In this document: piece by piece, positions 12,970 to 23,680 of the stretch
Position numbering within the stretch: the stretch's first letter is position 1
Layout of the letters: every line of letters begins with the position of its first letter
Assembly: GCA_964462735.1 (NCBI GenBank)
Contig: CAYWYX010000004.1
Span: 1-63,170, forward strand
Source of the DNA: an uncultured Acidobacteriota bacterium
GTDB taxonomy: Bacteria > Acidobacteriota > Terriglobia > Versatilivoradales > Versatilivoraceae
DNA: 63,170 nt
Direction of reading: 5' to 3'
Program-made: the position numbers and the translations under genes
The notes under the pieces: model-generated
The model's database searches: none
The model's input: only the letters and a program-made list of their open reading frames with translations
What the model was told of the DNA's origin: nothing

Positions 12970-14061
12970 TTGAATATAATTAACTTCCAGTATCAATTAG
13001 CATTAATATCAGGGCTCGTTTTATCTGTTATAGTTGGAGCTTGTGGAAAAGTTGGCGACCCTCTACCCCCACTGAGTACCATTCCTAGACCTATTCTGGA
13101 TTTGATGGTTCAACAACAAGGACAGAAGATGATGTTAAGCTGGACAATGCCCCAGTTCAATGTCGATGGTAGTTCTGCAGGAACAATTGCATCCATTAAT
13201 ATTTTTAGGTTAATTAGACATCGGGATGGTTCTTCCCCTGCTTTTCCCTCAGTTAACTTCGACAGTAGTCCTTGGAAAAGTGTGCAGTTAAGGGAGCTTA
13301 ATGATAAGAATGATCAAGGTAAGATTGTGCTCCTTGATTTAATGGAGGACCTCAAACCAGAGGAAATCATTGGTCGTGAAGTTAGCTATGCTTTAGCAGT
13401 GCTTAACAATAAGCAAAAGAGTTCAGGGTTCTCTAATGTTGTTACTCTGCCCATCGTCCCGACACCTCTACCTCCCAGGAAGTTGAACTTTGGACTTAAT
13501 GAAAAGTTTGTTGAGGTACGATGGATTCCTTCTGATAAAGGTATAGATGGTTTAGAAGTTACGTTTGAAGTTAAATTTAATTTGTATCGTAGTGTAAAGG
13601 CGGGAGTTTATGAGAGTACTCCTATTAATTCTACACCTATCTCAAAAAACCATTTTAGAGATCGGTCAACTGGTTTAGGAAAAAAGACTTATTATAAAAT
13701 TCGTGCAGTTATTAAAACTTCACAAGGGGTGATTGAAAGTCAAGATTCAGATGAAGCTTCTATCATTAACAATGACATTTATCCACCCACTATTCCAAAA
13801 CAACTAACGATTGTTAGTACCCAGACCTCTTTAGATCTAATTTGGTTCCCTAATCCTGAAATAGATATAGCTGGTTATCATATTTACCGAAAAGAAAAAA
13901 AATCTAGATTTATACGGATTACATCTGACCTAGTTCGTCAAACTTCCTTTTCAGATAGTACTGTTAGGAAGGATACAAATTATTTCTATAAGATCACTGC
14001 TATTGACCAATCAAAAAATGAAAGTAGCTATTCAGAAGTAGTAAGTGATGCAATAGAATAA
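12970..14061 (+). CDS. Lipoprotein with an LptM-like N-terminal motif and about three fibronectin-type-III-like repeats
   Basis: 363 aa with a TTG start and lipobox VGAC followed by GKVGDPLPP. It has repeated beta-sandwich modules (...YYKIRAV..., ...YFYKITAIDQSKNES...) typical of FN3. Confidence 0.55.
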   Translation: MNIINFQYQLALISGLVLSVIVGACGKVGDPLPPLSTIPRPILDLMVQQQGQKMMLSWTMPQFNVDGSSAGTIASINIFRLIRHRDGSSPAFPSVNFDSSPWKSVQLRELNDKNDQGKIVLLDLMEDLKPEEIIGREVSYALAVLNNKQKSSGFSNVVTLPIVPTPLPPRKLNFGLNEKFVEVRWIPSDKGIDGLEVTFEVKFNLYRSVKAGVYESTPINSTPISKNHFRDRSTGLGKKTYYKIRAVIKTSQGVIESQDSDEASIINNDIYPPTIPKQLTIVSTQTSLDLIWFPNPEIDIAGYHIYRKEKKSRFIRITSDLVRQTSFSDSTVRKDTNYFYKITAIDQSKNESSYSEVVSDAIE

Positions 14062-14093
14062 AAAGACTTCACTAAAGTGAAGGGAGTGTTCAA

Positions 14094-15659
14094 GTGTCCT
14101 CAAAAAAACAAATCAAAAGATCTCCTTTAGAACAATTAGAAGAATTTAATCGGATGGCAGAACTTGGAGGTGGAATCGAACGTCAGTCTCGTCAGCATCA
14201 ATTAGGTAAATTGACTGCTAGAGAGCGTATCGAATTTTTACTTGATGGAGGTTCATTTGAAGAATTAGATAAATTTGTCAAACATCGATGTCTAGATTTT
14301 GGTATGAAAGAAAAACAATTTCTTGGAGATGGTGTAGTTTCTGGTTTTGGCAAAATTGACGGTCGTTTAGTTTATGTATTTGCCCAAGATTTTACTGTTT
14401 TTGGAGGGTCATTATCTGAAACTAATGCTTCTAAGATATGCAAGGTTATGGATTTAGCTATGAAAGTAGGTGCTCCAATTATTGGACTTAATGATTCAGG
14501 AGGAGCTCGTATTCAAGAGGGAGTGTCATCATTAGCAGGTTTCTCTGACATCTTTTTAAGGAACACCTTGGCTTCAGGTGTTGTACCACAAATTTCAGCT
14601 ATAATGGGTCCTTGTGCAGGGGGTGCAGTATATTCACCGGCGATTACTGATTTTGTGGTGATGATTAAAAAAAGCAGTTATATGTTCATTACTGGACCAG
14701 ATGTCATTAAAGTTGTTACTCACGAAGATGTTTCGAAAGAAGAACTTGGTGGAGCGAATACTCATAATTCTCGAAGTGGTGTTGCTCATTTTGCTGTCAA
14801 TAATGACCGGGAGTGTCTGAGACTCATTAGGGAGTTAGTTTCATTTATTCCTTCAAATAACATGGAGGATCCCCCTAGGAAAATTAGTGAAGATTCTTCG
14901 GTTCGTGATAATAATAAGCTTGATGATCTAATTCCTGCTGAATCTAACCAGCCCTATGATATGAAGGAAATAATTAGTGAAGTAGTCGATGACAATTATT
15001 TTTTTGAGGTTCATGCCTTGTTTGCAAAGAATATTGTAGTGGGCTTTGCTCGCTTAGGAGGGCGTTCTGTAGGTATTGTAGCAAATCAGCCAGCAGTGTT
15101 GGCAGGCTGCTTAGACATTGATGCTTCATCGAAAGCTGCCCGATTTGTTCGCTTTTGCGATGCCTTTAATATTCCACTAATTAGTTTCGAAGACGTTCCT
15201 GGATTTTTACCAGGAACTGCCCAAGAATTTGGGGGAATTATTAAACATGGCGCTAAGTTATTATTTGCTTTCGCCGAAGCAACAGTACCTAAGATTACAG
15301 TAATTACTAGAAAAGCCTATGGTGGTGCTTATTGTGTAATGGCTTCAAAACATCTTCGCACTGATATCAATTTTGCTTATCCTACAGCTGAAATAGCTGT
15401 GATGGGACCAGATGGAGCCGTTAATATTATCTATCGTAAGGAGCTGGATAAAGCTGAAGATTTGGAGTCAGAAAAAGCCAAGCTTGTCCAAGAATTTCGC
15501 CAAAAATTTACAAATCCTTATGTGGCTGCAGAAAAAGGTTTTGTAGACGAGGTGATTATGCCTCGTGAAACTCGAAAAAAATTAATTTGTGCTCTAAACA
15601 TGTTAGAAAACAAGAAAGATAATATTCCTCCAAAAAAACATGGCAATATTCCTCTTTAG
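14094..15659 (+). CDS. pccB: Acyl-CoA carboxylase carboxyltransferase subunit (propionyl-CoA carboxylase beta / methylmalonyl-CoA carboxyltransferase family)
   Basis: 521 aa with a GTG start preceded by GAAGGGAG. It has PccB/MmdA family sequence over its full length ([48 protein letters not shown]). Confidence 0.88.
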   Translation: MSSKKQIKRSPLEQLEEFNRMAELGGGIERQSRQHQLGKLTARERIEFLLDGGSFEELDKFVKHRCLDFGMKEKQFLGDGVVSGFGKIDGRLVYVFAQDFTVFGGSLSETNASKICKVMDLAMKVGAPIIGLNDSGGARIQEGVSSLAGFSDIFLRNTLASGVVPQISAIMGPCAGGAVYSPAITDFVVMIKKSSYMFITGPDVIKVVTHEDVSKEELGGANTHNSRSGVAHFAVNNDRECLRLIRELVSFIPSNNMEDPPRKISEDSSVRDNNKLDDLIPAESNQPYDMKEIISEVVDDNYFFEVHALFAKNIVVGFARLGGRSVGIVANQPAVLAGCLDIDASSKAARFVRFCDAFNIPLISFEDVPGFLPGTAQEFGGIIKHGAKLLFAFAEATVPKITVITRKAYGGAYCVMASKHLRTDINFAYPTAEIAVMGPDGAVNIIYRKELDKAEDLESEKAKLVQEFRQKFTNPYVAAEKGFVDEVIMPRETRKKLICALNMLENKKDNIPPKKHGNIPL

Positions 15660-15764
15660 ATAATCTAGACTTTTTCAGTTTGTTTTTAGAATATCAATAA
15701 ATATTATTTAAAACTGTTATCACAGCAACCGGTTCCATTTCACTTTGGATAGTCATTTTCAGAT

Positions 15765-16901
15765 ATGTTTTATAAAACATTTCTGGGGTTAACCCTCTCA
15801 TTTTTTTCTGTTTTCTTCATATTTGAAGGTAGTTTCTTTTTAGCAAAGTTTGATCCTAACCGAATCAAAATTTTGATTCGGACCGACTTGGACATTATTT
15901 ATCACACTTTAGCTCACTTAGACCTTTTAAATTGTTCCTCTAATCTTTTTGCTCAAAGTTATTTAAAAGAAATCCGTCAAGCCAAAAATGATCTAAAAAT
16001 AGGCATAACTCGATTAGATAAAGAAAGGGATACACTAGGGATCAATTACCATAAATACTCTAGCCTAAGGTTTTTATATAAAGCACCGTTCATAGCTGAT
16101 GATTTTTCTTCATTCAAACAAGCATTAGAATTAATCGATTATAATTTTCGAACTAAATCAACTCGATCATTAGGTAAAGGAAAAGAAAGAAAGTCGCCAC
16201 TGATGTTTAGGAATAGTCAGCGCCTAGTAACAATTTTTCAAAAACATTTTTCATCTAAAGGAGAAAGAGATTTTGCCAAAAGATTTGTAGCTTGTCTCGA
16301 TGAAGAATTTGTCAGTTTTTATCAATTATATCGTGAAGCTCGGATTGAGTTGGACCAGAGTGGTATGGAGTTATTTTCTAAATTTTGGGAAACAAAAGGA
16401 CTGAAAATGCTATGGCCTTGGGCTTTTTATTCCGGGGCAAAAGAGTTTAAGATTTACCTTTCACCGGTGATGTATAGGAGTGGTCTAAGGGCACAAGTAA
16501 TTGAGGGGAGTAATTTATCATTTTTTGTAGTGGCTCCATTACCAAAGACTTTGTCAGAAGCCATTCATTCGTTTTTTGTCGTTCTACAGCAAACAGCTCA
16601 TCGTTCTACTGACGATCTTGTGATACTCAGATCCTCATCGAATCAGTCTGACCGAACTGTTTCATTGAAGAAGATTCGTGAAAATGCTTCTATTTATGCA
16701 GGTCATCTCTATCTGAAAATGTGTTTTCCTGAATATCATCAATCATATTTGAGGTTTTTTTTGGAAAAGGTAACTAATGAGAAGATAGAAAATGAAGCCT
16801 TAGAAGATACCTTGATTCAGAAATATGCTGTGAATAAAACTTCCCTCAGACAAATTGAAAACTTTGTGAATCAACTTGCACAAAATACTCATATTAATTA
16901 G
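15765..16901 (+). CDS. Hypothetical protein with an N-terminal hydrophobic anchor or signal
   Basis: 378-aa ORF starting MFYKTFLGLTLSFFSVFFIF. I recognise no family. Its stop codon lies 2 nt before the biotin carboxylase start. Confidence 0.5.
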   Translation: MFYKTFLGLTLSFFSVFFIFEGSFFLAKFDPNRIKILIRTDLDIIYHTLAHLDLLNCSSNLFAQSYLKEIRQAKNDLKIGITRLDKERDTLGINYHKYSSLRFLYKAPFIADDFSSFKQALELIDYNFRTKSTRSLGKGKERKSPLMFRNSQRLVTIFQKHFSSKGERDFAKRFVACLDEEFVSFYQLYREARIELDQSGMELFSKFWETKGLKMLWPWAFYSGAKEFKIYLSPVMYRSGLRAQVIEGSNLSFFVVAPLPKTLSEAIHSFFVVLQQTAHRSTDDLVILRSSSNQSDRTVSLKKIRENASIYAGHLYLKMCFPEYHQSYLRFFLEKVTNEKIENEALEDTLIQKYAVNKTSLRQIENFVNQLAQNTHIN

Positions 16902-16903
16902 CA

Positions 16904-18400
16904 ATGTTTAAAAAAATCTTGATCGCTAATCGTGGCGAAATAGCAGTAAGAATTATTAGAGCAGCTAGAGAAATGAACATTCAAACGGTAGCGGTTTACT
17001 CTGAGTGTGATCGTTTGTCTCTACATGTTCGCTTTGCTGACGAGGCTTACTTTTTAGGACCATCCCCGGCACTAGAGAGCTATCTTGACATTAAAAAGAT
17101 ACTCTTTGTTGCTACAAGCAGTGGATGCGATGCTATCCATCCTGGTTATGGATTTTTATCTGAGAATCCCGAGTTTGCCAGACAATGTTGCAAAAAAAAA
17201 TTAAGGTTTATTGGTCCTTCAGCTGAGTCAATGGAATTGATGGGAGAGAAAATCGTTGCTCGGAGAACAGCTAGTCAAGCCGGAATACCTATTATTCCAG
17301 GCACAAACACTATACAAGAGGATATAACACACACTGAAAAAATTGCACGGGATATAGGGTATCCATTAATGGTTAAGGCAGCTGCTGGAGGTGGTGGTAA
17401 AGGAATGCGCTTAGTATTTTCACCAAAAGAACTCGAATCTGCTATACGAGATGCTCAATCAGAAGCACAAGCAGCATTTGGAAATGCCTCAGTTTATCTT
17501 GAAAAATTTATTCAAAGCCCAAGGCATATTGAGATTCAGGTGCTAGCTGATGGGCATGGAAATATAGTACACCTGGGGGAACGAGAGTGTTCGATTCAGA
17601 GGCGCCATCAGAAGGTAATTGAAGAATGTCCATCTCCTCTAATGACTAGCGAGTTAAGGTCACAGATGGGACAGGCTGCAGTTAAAATTGCGAGGAAGTG
17701 TTCTTATAGAAATGCTGGGACAGTAGAATTCATAGTTGATTCTCAACAGAACTTCTTTTTTCTAGAGATGAATACCCGTCTCCAAGTTGAACATCCTACA
17801 ACCGAGATGGTGACTGGAATAGATCTTGTAAAACGTCAAATTAAGATTGCAGCCGGTGAAAAATTAGATTTCCAACAACAAGACATATATTGGAAAGGTA
17901 CTTCCATAGAATGTCGTGTCTATGCTGAGGACCCTGAAAATCAATTCTTCCCTTCACCTGGTACCATAAAAAAACTGCAACGTCCTTCTGGTCCAGGTGT
18001 TAGGGAAGATAGTGGAATTTACGAAGGTTATACAGTACCTATCTTTTACGATCCTCTTTTATCTAAGCTAGTAGTCTGGGGAGAAAATCGTTCTGAAGCA
18101 ATTAGGAGGATGCAACAAGCACTAGGTGAGTACCAAATCTCTGGAATCATGACAAACATTAATTTTCTAAAATCAATACTAAATAATGATAAATTTACTT
18201 CAGCAGATCTGAGTACTGATTTTATTGAAAAGTACTATCGTGGGGTCTCTTCTGGTCCTGATCATGAGTCATTAAAAGAAGTAGCTATCATTGCTGCTGC
18301 TCTTTTTTCAAGTCGGACTCAGCAGAAGATTCTTAGTAAATTTCATGAAAACGAGAGTCCATGGAAATTTTGGGGAAGATGGAATGGACTTCGAAAGTAG
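16904..18400 (+). CDS. accC: Biotin carboxylase subunit of acyl-CoA carboxylase
   Basis: 498 aa with MFKKILIANRGEIAVRIIRA, an ATP-grasp motif MVKAAAGGGGKGMRLV and EMNTRLQVEHPTTE. Confidence 0.93.
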   Translation: MFKKILIANRGEIAVRIIRAAREMNIQTVAVYSECDRLSLHVRFADEAYFLGPSPALESYLDIKKILFVATSSGCDAIHPGYGFLSENPEFARQCCKKKLRFIGPSAESMELMGEKIVARRTASQAGIPIIPGTNTIQEDITHTEKIARDIGYPLMVKAAAGGGGKGMRLVFSPKELESAIRDAQSEAQAAFGNASVYLEKFIQSPRHIEIQVLADGHGNIVHLGERECSIQRRHQKVIEECPSPLMTSELRSQMGQAAVKIARKCSYRNAGTVEFIVDSQQNFFFLEMNTRLQVEHPTTEMVTGIDLVKRQIKIAAGEKLDFQQQDIYWKGTSIECRVYAEDPENQFFPSPGTIKKLQRPSGPGVREDSGIYEGYTVPIFYDPLLSKLVVWGENRSEAIRRMQQALGEYQISGIMTNINFLKSILNNDKFTSADLSTDFIEKYYRGVSSGPDHESLKEVAIIAAALFSSRTQQKILSKFHENESPWKFWGRWNGLRK

Positions 18401-18454
18401 CAATGATCAGAGCATTTCTAATTTTTTAAAAAAATATGGCAAGGATACATTGAA

Positions 18455-18976
18455 ATGAAGAGTGTTTCCCCCAGGAAATTTTGTTATGAAATTGTGGTGG
18501 AGGGTTGCATTCAAAAACTGGAGCTCGAATGGTCAGATGAAAAAGCTCAGGTGAGTTTTTCTGGAAAATCTTTTCAGGTCAATGTAGGTAAAATTTCTGA
18601 GGATAACTTTTCCCTAATTTTGAATGGGTACTCTTATGATGTAATCGTGAATTCTCAGCCAAGTAGTTTCCAAGTTTTTGTAAATGGAATGCCTTTTAAT
18701 ATAGAGTTATACGATCCTCGAAAAGCCAGGTTATTTTCTTCAGGTGAAATGACTGATTCTGGACCTAAGGTTGTTTCAAGCTCAATGCCTGGAAAGGTCG
18801 TTAAGCTCTTGGTTTCTGAAGGAGAAACAGTTAAAAAGGGACAAGGTCTTATAGTGATAGAGGCAATGAAAATGCAGAATGAACTTGAATCCCCAAAAGC
18901 AGGGAGAATAAGCCAGATCAATGTTTCTGAGAATCAAGCAGTAAATAATGAAGATCCCCTTTTAGTTGTGGAATAG
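18455..18976 (+). CDS. accB: Biotin carboxyl carrier protein subunit
   Basis: 173 aa. The C-terminal biotinyl domain carries EAMKMQNE. The N-terminal part resembles the linker region of PCC/MCC alpha chains. Confidence 0.85.
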   Translation: MKSVSPRKFCYEIVVEGCIQKLELEWSDEKAQVSFSGKSFQVNVGKISEDNFSLILNGYSYDVIVNSQPSSFQVFVNGMPFNIELYDPRKARLFSSGEMTDSGPKVVSSSMPGKVVKLLVSEGETVKKGQGLIVIEAMKMQNELESPKAGRISQINVSENQAVNNEDPLLVVE

Positions 18977-18982
18977 ACCTTT

Positions 18983-20275
18983 TTATTTCAACCATCTTTG
19001 TTCGGGTAAAATCTTGGTTTCTCCGTTCAAATATGGACGCAGTGCTTCAGGGATTAAAATACTCCCGTCTTTTTGCTGATAGTTTTCAATAATTGCAACC
19101 CAGGTCCGTCCTATAGCTAGTCCGGAGCCATTCAGTGTATGCACAAGTTCAGGTTTAGTACTAGGGGTTCTGCGAAAACGAATGTTTGCACGTCGAGCTT
19201 GGAAGTCTTCAAAATTGCTGCACGATGATATTTCTCTATAACTCTCCTGTCCTGGAAGCCAAACTTCTATATCGTATGTCTTTGCTGAAGAAAAACCTAA
19301 ATCACCTGTGCAAAGGCAAACTACTCGATAATGTAAATTCAGACGTCTTAGAATCTCTTCAGCACAGTTTGTAAGAGTTTCTAATTCGTTGTAGGAATCT
19401 TCGGGCTTAGTAAATTTAACCAATTCCACCTTATTAAATTGATGTTGACGAATGAGCCCCCGAGTATCTTTTCCATGTGCACCAGCTTCACTACGGAAAC
19501 AAGGAGTATAAGATGTCAGTTGAATGGGTAGTTGATCTTCCTTTAAAGTCTCCCCTGCATAAATATTAGTAACTGGGACTTCTGCTGTTGGAATCAGCCA
19601 ATAATCTGTCCCTTTGACTTGAAATAAGTCTTCTGAAAATTTAGGTAACTGACCTGTTCCTCTTAAACTGTTGGAATTAACCATAAAAGGAGGTAATACT
19701 TCAAGGTAACCGAATTCTTGAGTGTGAATGTCTAACATAAAATTGATTAAGGCCCTTTCCAGCTTAGCACCCATACCAGCATATAGACTGAACCTTGCTC
19801 CAGTAATTTTGGTTGCGCGGTCAAAATCAAGAATTCCAAGTTGTAAACCTAAATCCCAGTGAGGTTTGGGTTTGAAACTAAACTGGGGCTTTTCTCCATA
19901 TATATTGATTTCATTGTTATCTGAAGCGTTAACTCCTATTGGAACTGTATCGTGAGGAATATTTGGAATAGTCAGTTGCAGGGCTTTTAATTTCTCCTCA
20001 CAGGATCGAAGTTCTTTATCGAGCTGTTTAATTTGTTCAGATATCTCTTTCATTTCGTCAATCTTTGTTACTGTGTCTTTTTTTTGCTTTCTGAGTAGTA
20101 TTATTTCGTTGTTATTCTTGTTTTTTTTGTGTCGAAGCTGTTCGGTTTCCTGAAGTAAATTGCGCCATTGGCGGTCATATTGTTCCAGTTTATGAAGAGG
20201 CACAAAGATGTGTCTCTGCTCAATCTTTTGTTTAATCAAATCAATGTGATTTCTTATGAATGAAAGATTTAGCAT
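18983..20275 (-). CDS. serS: Seryl-tRNA synthetase
   Basis: 430 aa with an N-terminal coiled-coil arm and class-II motifs ([24 protein letters not shown]). Confidence 0.95.
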   Translation of the reverse strand: MLNLSFIRNHIDLIKQKIEQRHIFVPLHKLEQYDRQWRNLLQETEQLRHKKNKNNNEIILLRKQKKDTVTKIDEMKEISEQIKQLDKELRSCEEKLKALQLTIPNIPHDTVPIGVNASDNNEINIYGEKPQFSFKPKPHWDLGLQLGILDFDRATKITGARFSLYAGMGAKLERALINFMLDIHTQEFGYLEVLPPFMVNSNSLRGTGQLPKFSEDLFQVKGTDYWLIPTAEVPVTNIYAGETLKEDQLPIQLTSYTPCFRSEAGAHGKDTRGLIRQHQFNKVELVKFTKPEDSYNELETLTNCAEEILRRLNLHYRVVCLCTGDLGFSSAKTYDIEVWLPGQESYREISSCSNFEDFQARRANIRFRRTPSTKPELVHTLNGSGLAIGRTWVAIIENYQQKDGSILIPEALRPYLNGETKILPEQRWLK

Positions 20276-20417
20276 TGAATGTTATTGTTTAGAACTGTTG
20301 AAAATTGATTTATTGAACCAAAATATTGATGCGGACCAGTATACCTAAAAAATATGTCCAGACAAGCGACCCTTAGTCAATTAGTTGTTAAATTGTACTA
20401 TCCTGAACATTGCGTGA

Positions 20418-21305
20418 TCAATAGTCAGATTTACAGGTCAGATCTAACTGAAGTTGAGAGTGCTTTTTTAGACTGTATAATGATGGGGTATTTAAAATTC
20501 TGTTGACCAGGTGAGTATGTAAAGCATGGCCAGCTTTGTCCGCAACTATTCGAGCAATCAGTGGCTTGCCTATTAGGGATAAATCTCCGATACTGTCCAA
20601 AACTTTATGTCGAACGAATTCATCTTTAAAACGAAGAATATCGTTAAGAATTCCTTTTTCAGTTAAAACAATTGCATTATCTAATGATCCTCCACGAATT
20701 AATCCCTTTTTTTTCAATTCTTCTACCTCTCTAAAAAATCCAAAGGTTCGTGCTGGTGCAATTTCGGTAGCGAAAGTCTCAGAACAGACATTGAAGTTGA
20801 AATCTTGTTGATAAATTAATGGGTGATCAAAATCTATTGAGTAACTAATTTGAAAACTTCTAGCTGGATGAATAGAGATAATACGGTCCCGATTTTCAAT
20901 TGTAAGGGACCTTTTAATGACTATGTATTTGCGGTTGGCCAGTTGCTTTTTAAGTCCAACTCTTTGGATTTCATCTGTAAACGGGAGAGCACTCCCATCT
21001 AGAATAGGAACCTCTAAATTATTAATATCAATCCAAGCGTTATCTATTCCAAATGTATATAACGAGGACAAAAGGTGTTCTACTGTAGAAATCAGTACTC
21101 CCTGTTTCATCAAAGTTGTAGCATAGGCTACCCTCGCAACATTCTTAATGTTAGCTTCAATTTCAAAGTTGTCTAAATCCACTCTGCGAAATACTATTCC
21201 AGTTTCAGGGGGTGCAGGAAAAATTTGAAGTTTGGTGAATACACCAGTGTGAAGACCAACCCCGGAAAAGCTGATTGGAGATGAAATTGTGTGTTGAAAT
21301 TCCAA
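20418..21305 (-). CDS. lpxC: UDP-3-O-acyl-N-acetylglucosamine deacetylase
   Basis: 295 aa with SFSGVGLHTGV, TVEHLLSSL and EFVRHKVLDSIGDLSL. The listed start is TTG. Confidence 0.92.
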   Translation of the reverse strand: MEFQHTISSPISFSGVGLHTGVFTKLQIFPAPPETGIVFRRVDLDNFEIEANIKNVARVAYATTLMKQGVLISTVEHLLSSLYTFGIDNAWIDINNLEVPILDGSALPFTDEIQRVGLKKQLANRKYIVIKRSLTIENRDRIISIHPARSFQISYSIDFDHPLIYQQDFNFNVCSETFATEIAPARTFGFFREVEELKKKGLIRGGSLDNAIVLTEKGILNDILRFKDEFVRHKVLDSIGDLSLIGKPLIARIVADKAGHALHTHLVNRILNTPSLYSLKKHSQLQLDLTCKSDY

Positions 21306-21576
21306 AATATAAATATCCTGAAAAGTAGACCATGATCAAACGACTTAATATATATACTGCAAGTATTATTCCAATAGTAACTAAATTTTTTATCTTAAAG
21401 ATTTATATGGACTTACCTATTTAAGTAACGATATTTCAATAATTCAGAAATGTAATTTAAATACAATTGTTTTTAAAAATGTGTGTCATAAATTCCATAA
21501 TCTTAGAAATGCCTAATCTAATTGGATGGGAAGTAAATCTAAAAAACACTACCGTTTTTTTTATTCATGATAGGGC

Positions 21577-21605
21577 TTGACAACTATACCATCAGTAACG
21601 ATAAT
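21577..21605 (+). promoter_or_regulatory. Candidate sigma70 promoter of the Rrf2-suf operon
   Basis: Consensus -35 TTGACA (21577-21582), an exact 17-nt spacer, and -10 GATAAT (21600-21605). It lies 35 nt upstream of the Rrf2 gene start. Confidence 0.45.
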
Positions 21606-21607
21606 AA

Positions 21608-21628
21608 ATCGGACCATTTTAGTCCTAT
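21608..21628 (+). promoter_or_regulatory. Candidate Rrf2/IscR-type operator (imperfect palindrome)
   Basis: ATCGGAC-cattttA-GTCCTAT lies immediately downstream of the -10 element. The GGAC/GTCC cores are perfectly inverted, and the position would allow autorepression. Pattern only. Confidence 0.25.
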
Positions 21629-21639
21629 ATTAGGTTGTT

Positions 21640-22119
21640 ATGCTAAAGTTATCAAAAAAAGTAGATTACGGGCTAATCGCATTAATTCATTTGGCCCAAA
21701 ATCCAAAACGGTCCTCTTGGAGTGCTCGTGAAATTGCGCAACCTTATAATATTCCTGCTCAATTAATGGCAAAAATTCTTCAGAAAATGGCACGAAGTGG
21801 AATTGTTAATTCACATCAAGGAATTCATGGTGGTTATGCTCTAGGACGACAACCAGATCTAATTAACGTAGTTGAAGTAATTGAATCAATTGAGGGTCCA
21901 TTCTCTATTACTAATTGCATATCAGAGACTGGTTATTGTCTTCAGTTTGAGAAATGTACGATTAAAACCCCGATTCATTTGCTGAATGATGCTGTGCACT
22001 TGATTTTAAAACAATTAACATTGTCTCAAATGATTGGCCAAGGAATGGTACAACTAAAGTTTAACTCTGATAACAATCCAAATGATTTGGTTACATTTTC
22101 TAGCATTCCCATAGCATGA
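21640..22119 (+). CDS. iscR: Rrf2-family Fe-S-cluster-responsive transcriptional regulator (IscR-like)
   Basis: 159 aa with an N-terminal wHTH (KVDYGLIALIHLA) and a three-Cys cluster C-x6-C-x5-C (NCISETGYCLQFEKC). It sits directly upstream of sufBCDSUT. Confidence 0.75.
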   Translation: MLKLSKKVDYGLIALIHLAQNPKRSSWSAREIAQPYNIPAQLMAKILQKMARSGIVNSHQGIHGGYALGRQPDLINVVEVIESIEGPFSITNCISETGYCLQFEKCTIKTPIHLLNDAVHLILKQLTLSQMIGQGMVQLKFNSDNNPNDLVTFSSIPIA

Positions 22120-22185
22120 AGGGTCTGTCGACGCTATTAAGATTGAATTAGACCAAGGAATATTTTATTTATTAAGGAGTAATTA

Positions 22186-23634
22186 ATGCCTTCAACAAGT
22201 GACACCATTCATGAACTGGCTAATAAAGAATATAAGTACGGTTTTATTACTGAAATTGAATCAGAAGCTATTCCTCGGGGATTGAGTGAGGAGGTTGTTC
22301 GCAGTATTTCTGTTAAGAAAAACGAGCCATCGTTTATGTTGGAATGGCGCTTAAAGGCATATAGGCAGTGGCTAACAATGGAAGAACCTACTTGGCATAA
22401 CGTTCAATATCCAAGAATCAATTACCAGGACATAATTTATTATGCCGCACCCAAGAAAATGAAGGATGGTCCCCAAAGTTTGGAAGATGTTGATCCTGAG
22501 TTGCTCGAAACCTATGAAAAATTAGGGATTTCATTAAAAGAACAGGAACGTTTAACTGGGGTCGCGGTGGACGCGGTTTTCGATAGTGTTTCCGTTGCTA
22601 CAACTTTTAGAGAAAAACTAGCTGACATGGGTATTATATTTTGTGCCTTTTCTGAAGCTGTCCAAGAACATCCAGACCTGATTAAACAATATTTAGGATC
22701 GGTAGTTCCTCATACAGATAATTTTTTTGCTGCTCTTAATTCAGCAGTCTTTAGTGATGGATCCTTTTGCTTTATTCCAAAAGGTGTCCGTTGTCCTATG
22801 GAACTTTCAACATACTTTCGAATTAATTCCAAAGATACTGGTCAATTTGAACGTACGTTGATTATTGCTGAAGAGGATAGTTATGTCAGTTACTTAGAGG
22901 GTTGTACGGCGCCTCGAAGAGATGAAAACCAACTACATGCAGCAGTTGTTGAACTTGTGGCCTTGGACCGAGCCCAAATTAAATATTCAACAGTACAGAA
23001 TTGGTATCCGGGAGATAAGAAAGGAAAAGGGGGAATTTATAACTTCGTTACCAAAAGGGGTAAGTGCTTAGGAAGAGATTCAAAAATTTCTTGGACTCAA
23101 GTTGAGACTGGATCCTCTATAACTTGGAAATATCCTAGTTGTATTTTGCAGGGAGATAACTCGATTGGGGAGTTCTATTCTGTAGCTTTGACCAATAACT
23201 ATCAACAAGCAGACACTGGAACTAAGATGATCCATATTGGAAAAAACACTCGCAGTACCATTGTTTCCAAAGGTATTTCAGCTGGCCATGGACAAAATAC
23301 ATACCGTGGGGCTGTCAAAATCCTTAAGGGTGCTAGTCAGGCACGTAATTACTCCCAATGTGATTCGATGTTATTAAGTGATACCTGTGGTGCCCATACA
23401 TTTCCATACATCGAGGTAAAAAATAGTACTGCACAGATGGAACACGAAGCTTCAACTTCAAAGATTGGAGAAGATCAGATTTTTTATTGTAAACAAAGAG
23501 GAATTTCCGCTGAGGATGCAGTCTCTATGATTGTCAATGGTTTTTGCAAGGAGGTTTTTAAAGAGCTGCCAATGGAGTTTGCTGTGGAAGCACGTAAGCT
23601 CTTGGGGGTTAGTTTAGAAGGAAGTGTTGGTTGA
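22186..23634 (+). CDS. sufB: Fe-S cluster assembly scaffold protein SufB
   Basis: 482 aa, SufB family throughout (KYGF..., [22 protein letters not shown]). Confidence 0.95.
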   Translation: MPSTSDTIHELANKEYKYGFITEIESEAIPRGLSEEVVRSISVKKNEPSFMLEWRLKAYRQWLTMEEPTWHNVQYPRINYQDIIYYAAPKKMKDGPQSLEDVDPELLETYEKLGISLKEQERLTGVAVDAVFDSVSVATTFREKLADMGIIFCAFSEAVQEHPDLIKQYLGSVVPHTDNFFAALNSAVFSDGSFCFIPKGVRCPMELSTYFRINSKDTGQFERTLIIAEEDSYVSYLEGCTAPRRDENQLHAAVVELVALDRAQIKYSTVQNWYPGDKKGKGGIYNFVTKRGKCLGRDSKISWTQVETGSSITWKYPSCILQGDNSIGEFYSVALTNNYQQADTGTKMIHIGKNTRSTIVSKGISAGHGQNTYRGAVKILKGASQARNYSQCDSMLLSDTCGAHTFPYIEVKNSTAQMEHEASTSKIGEDQIFYCKQRGISAEDAVSMIVNGFCKEVFKELPMEFAVEARKLLGVSLEGSVG

Positions 23635-23680
23635 CTTCTTGCACAATTGATAGGTGAGTATTTAAAGGAGAAGAGAAATC

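Noticed and set aside
18974-18985. The convergent accB-like and serS genes end only 6 nt apart, leaving no room for terminators
   Set aside because: The observation is real, but it is common in compact genomes, and no structure or extra signal is visible there.
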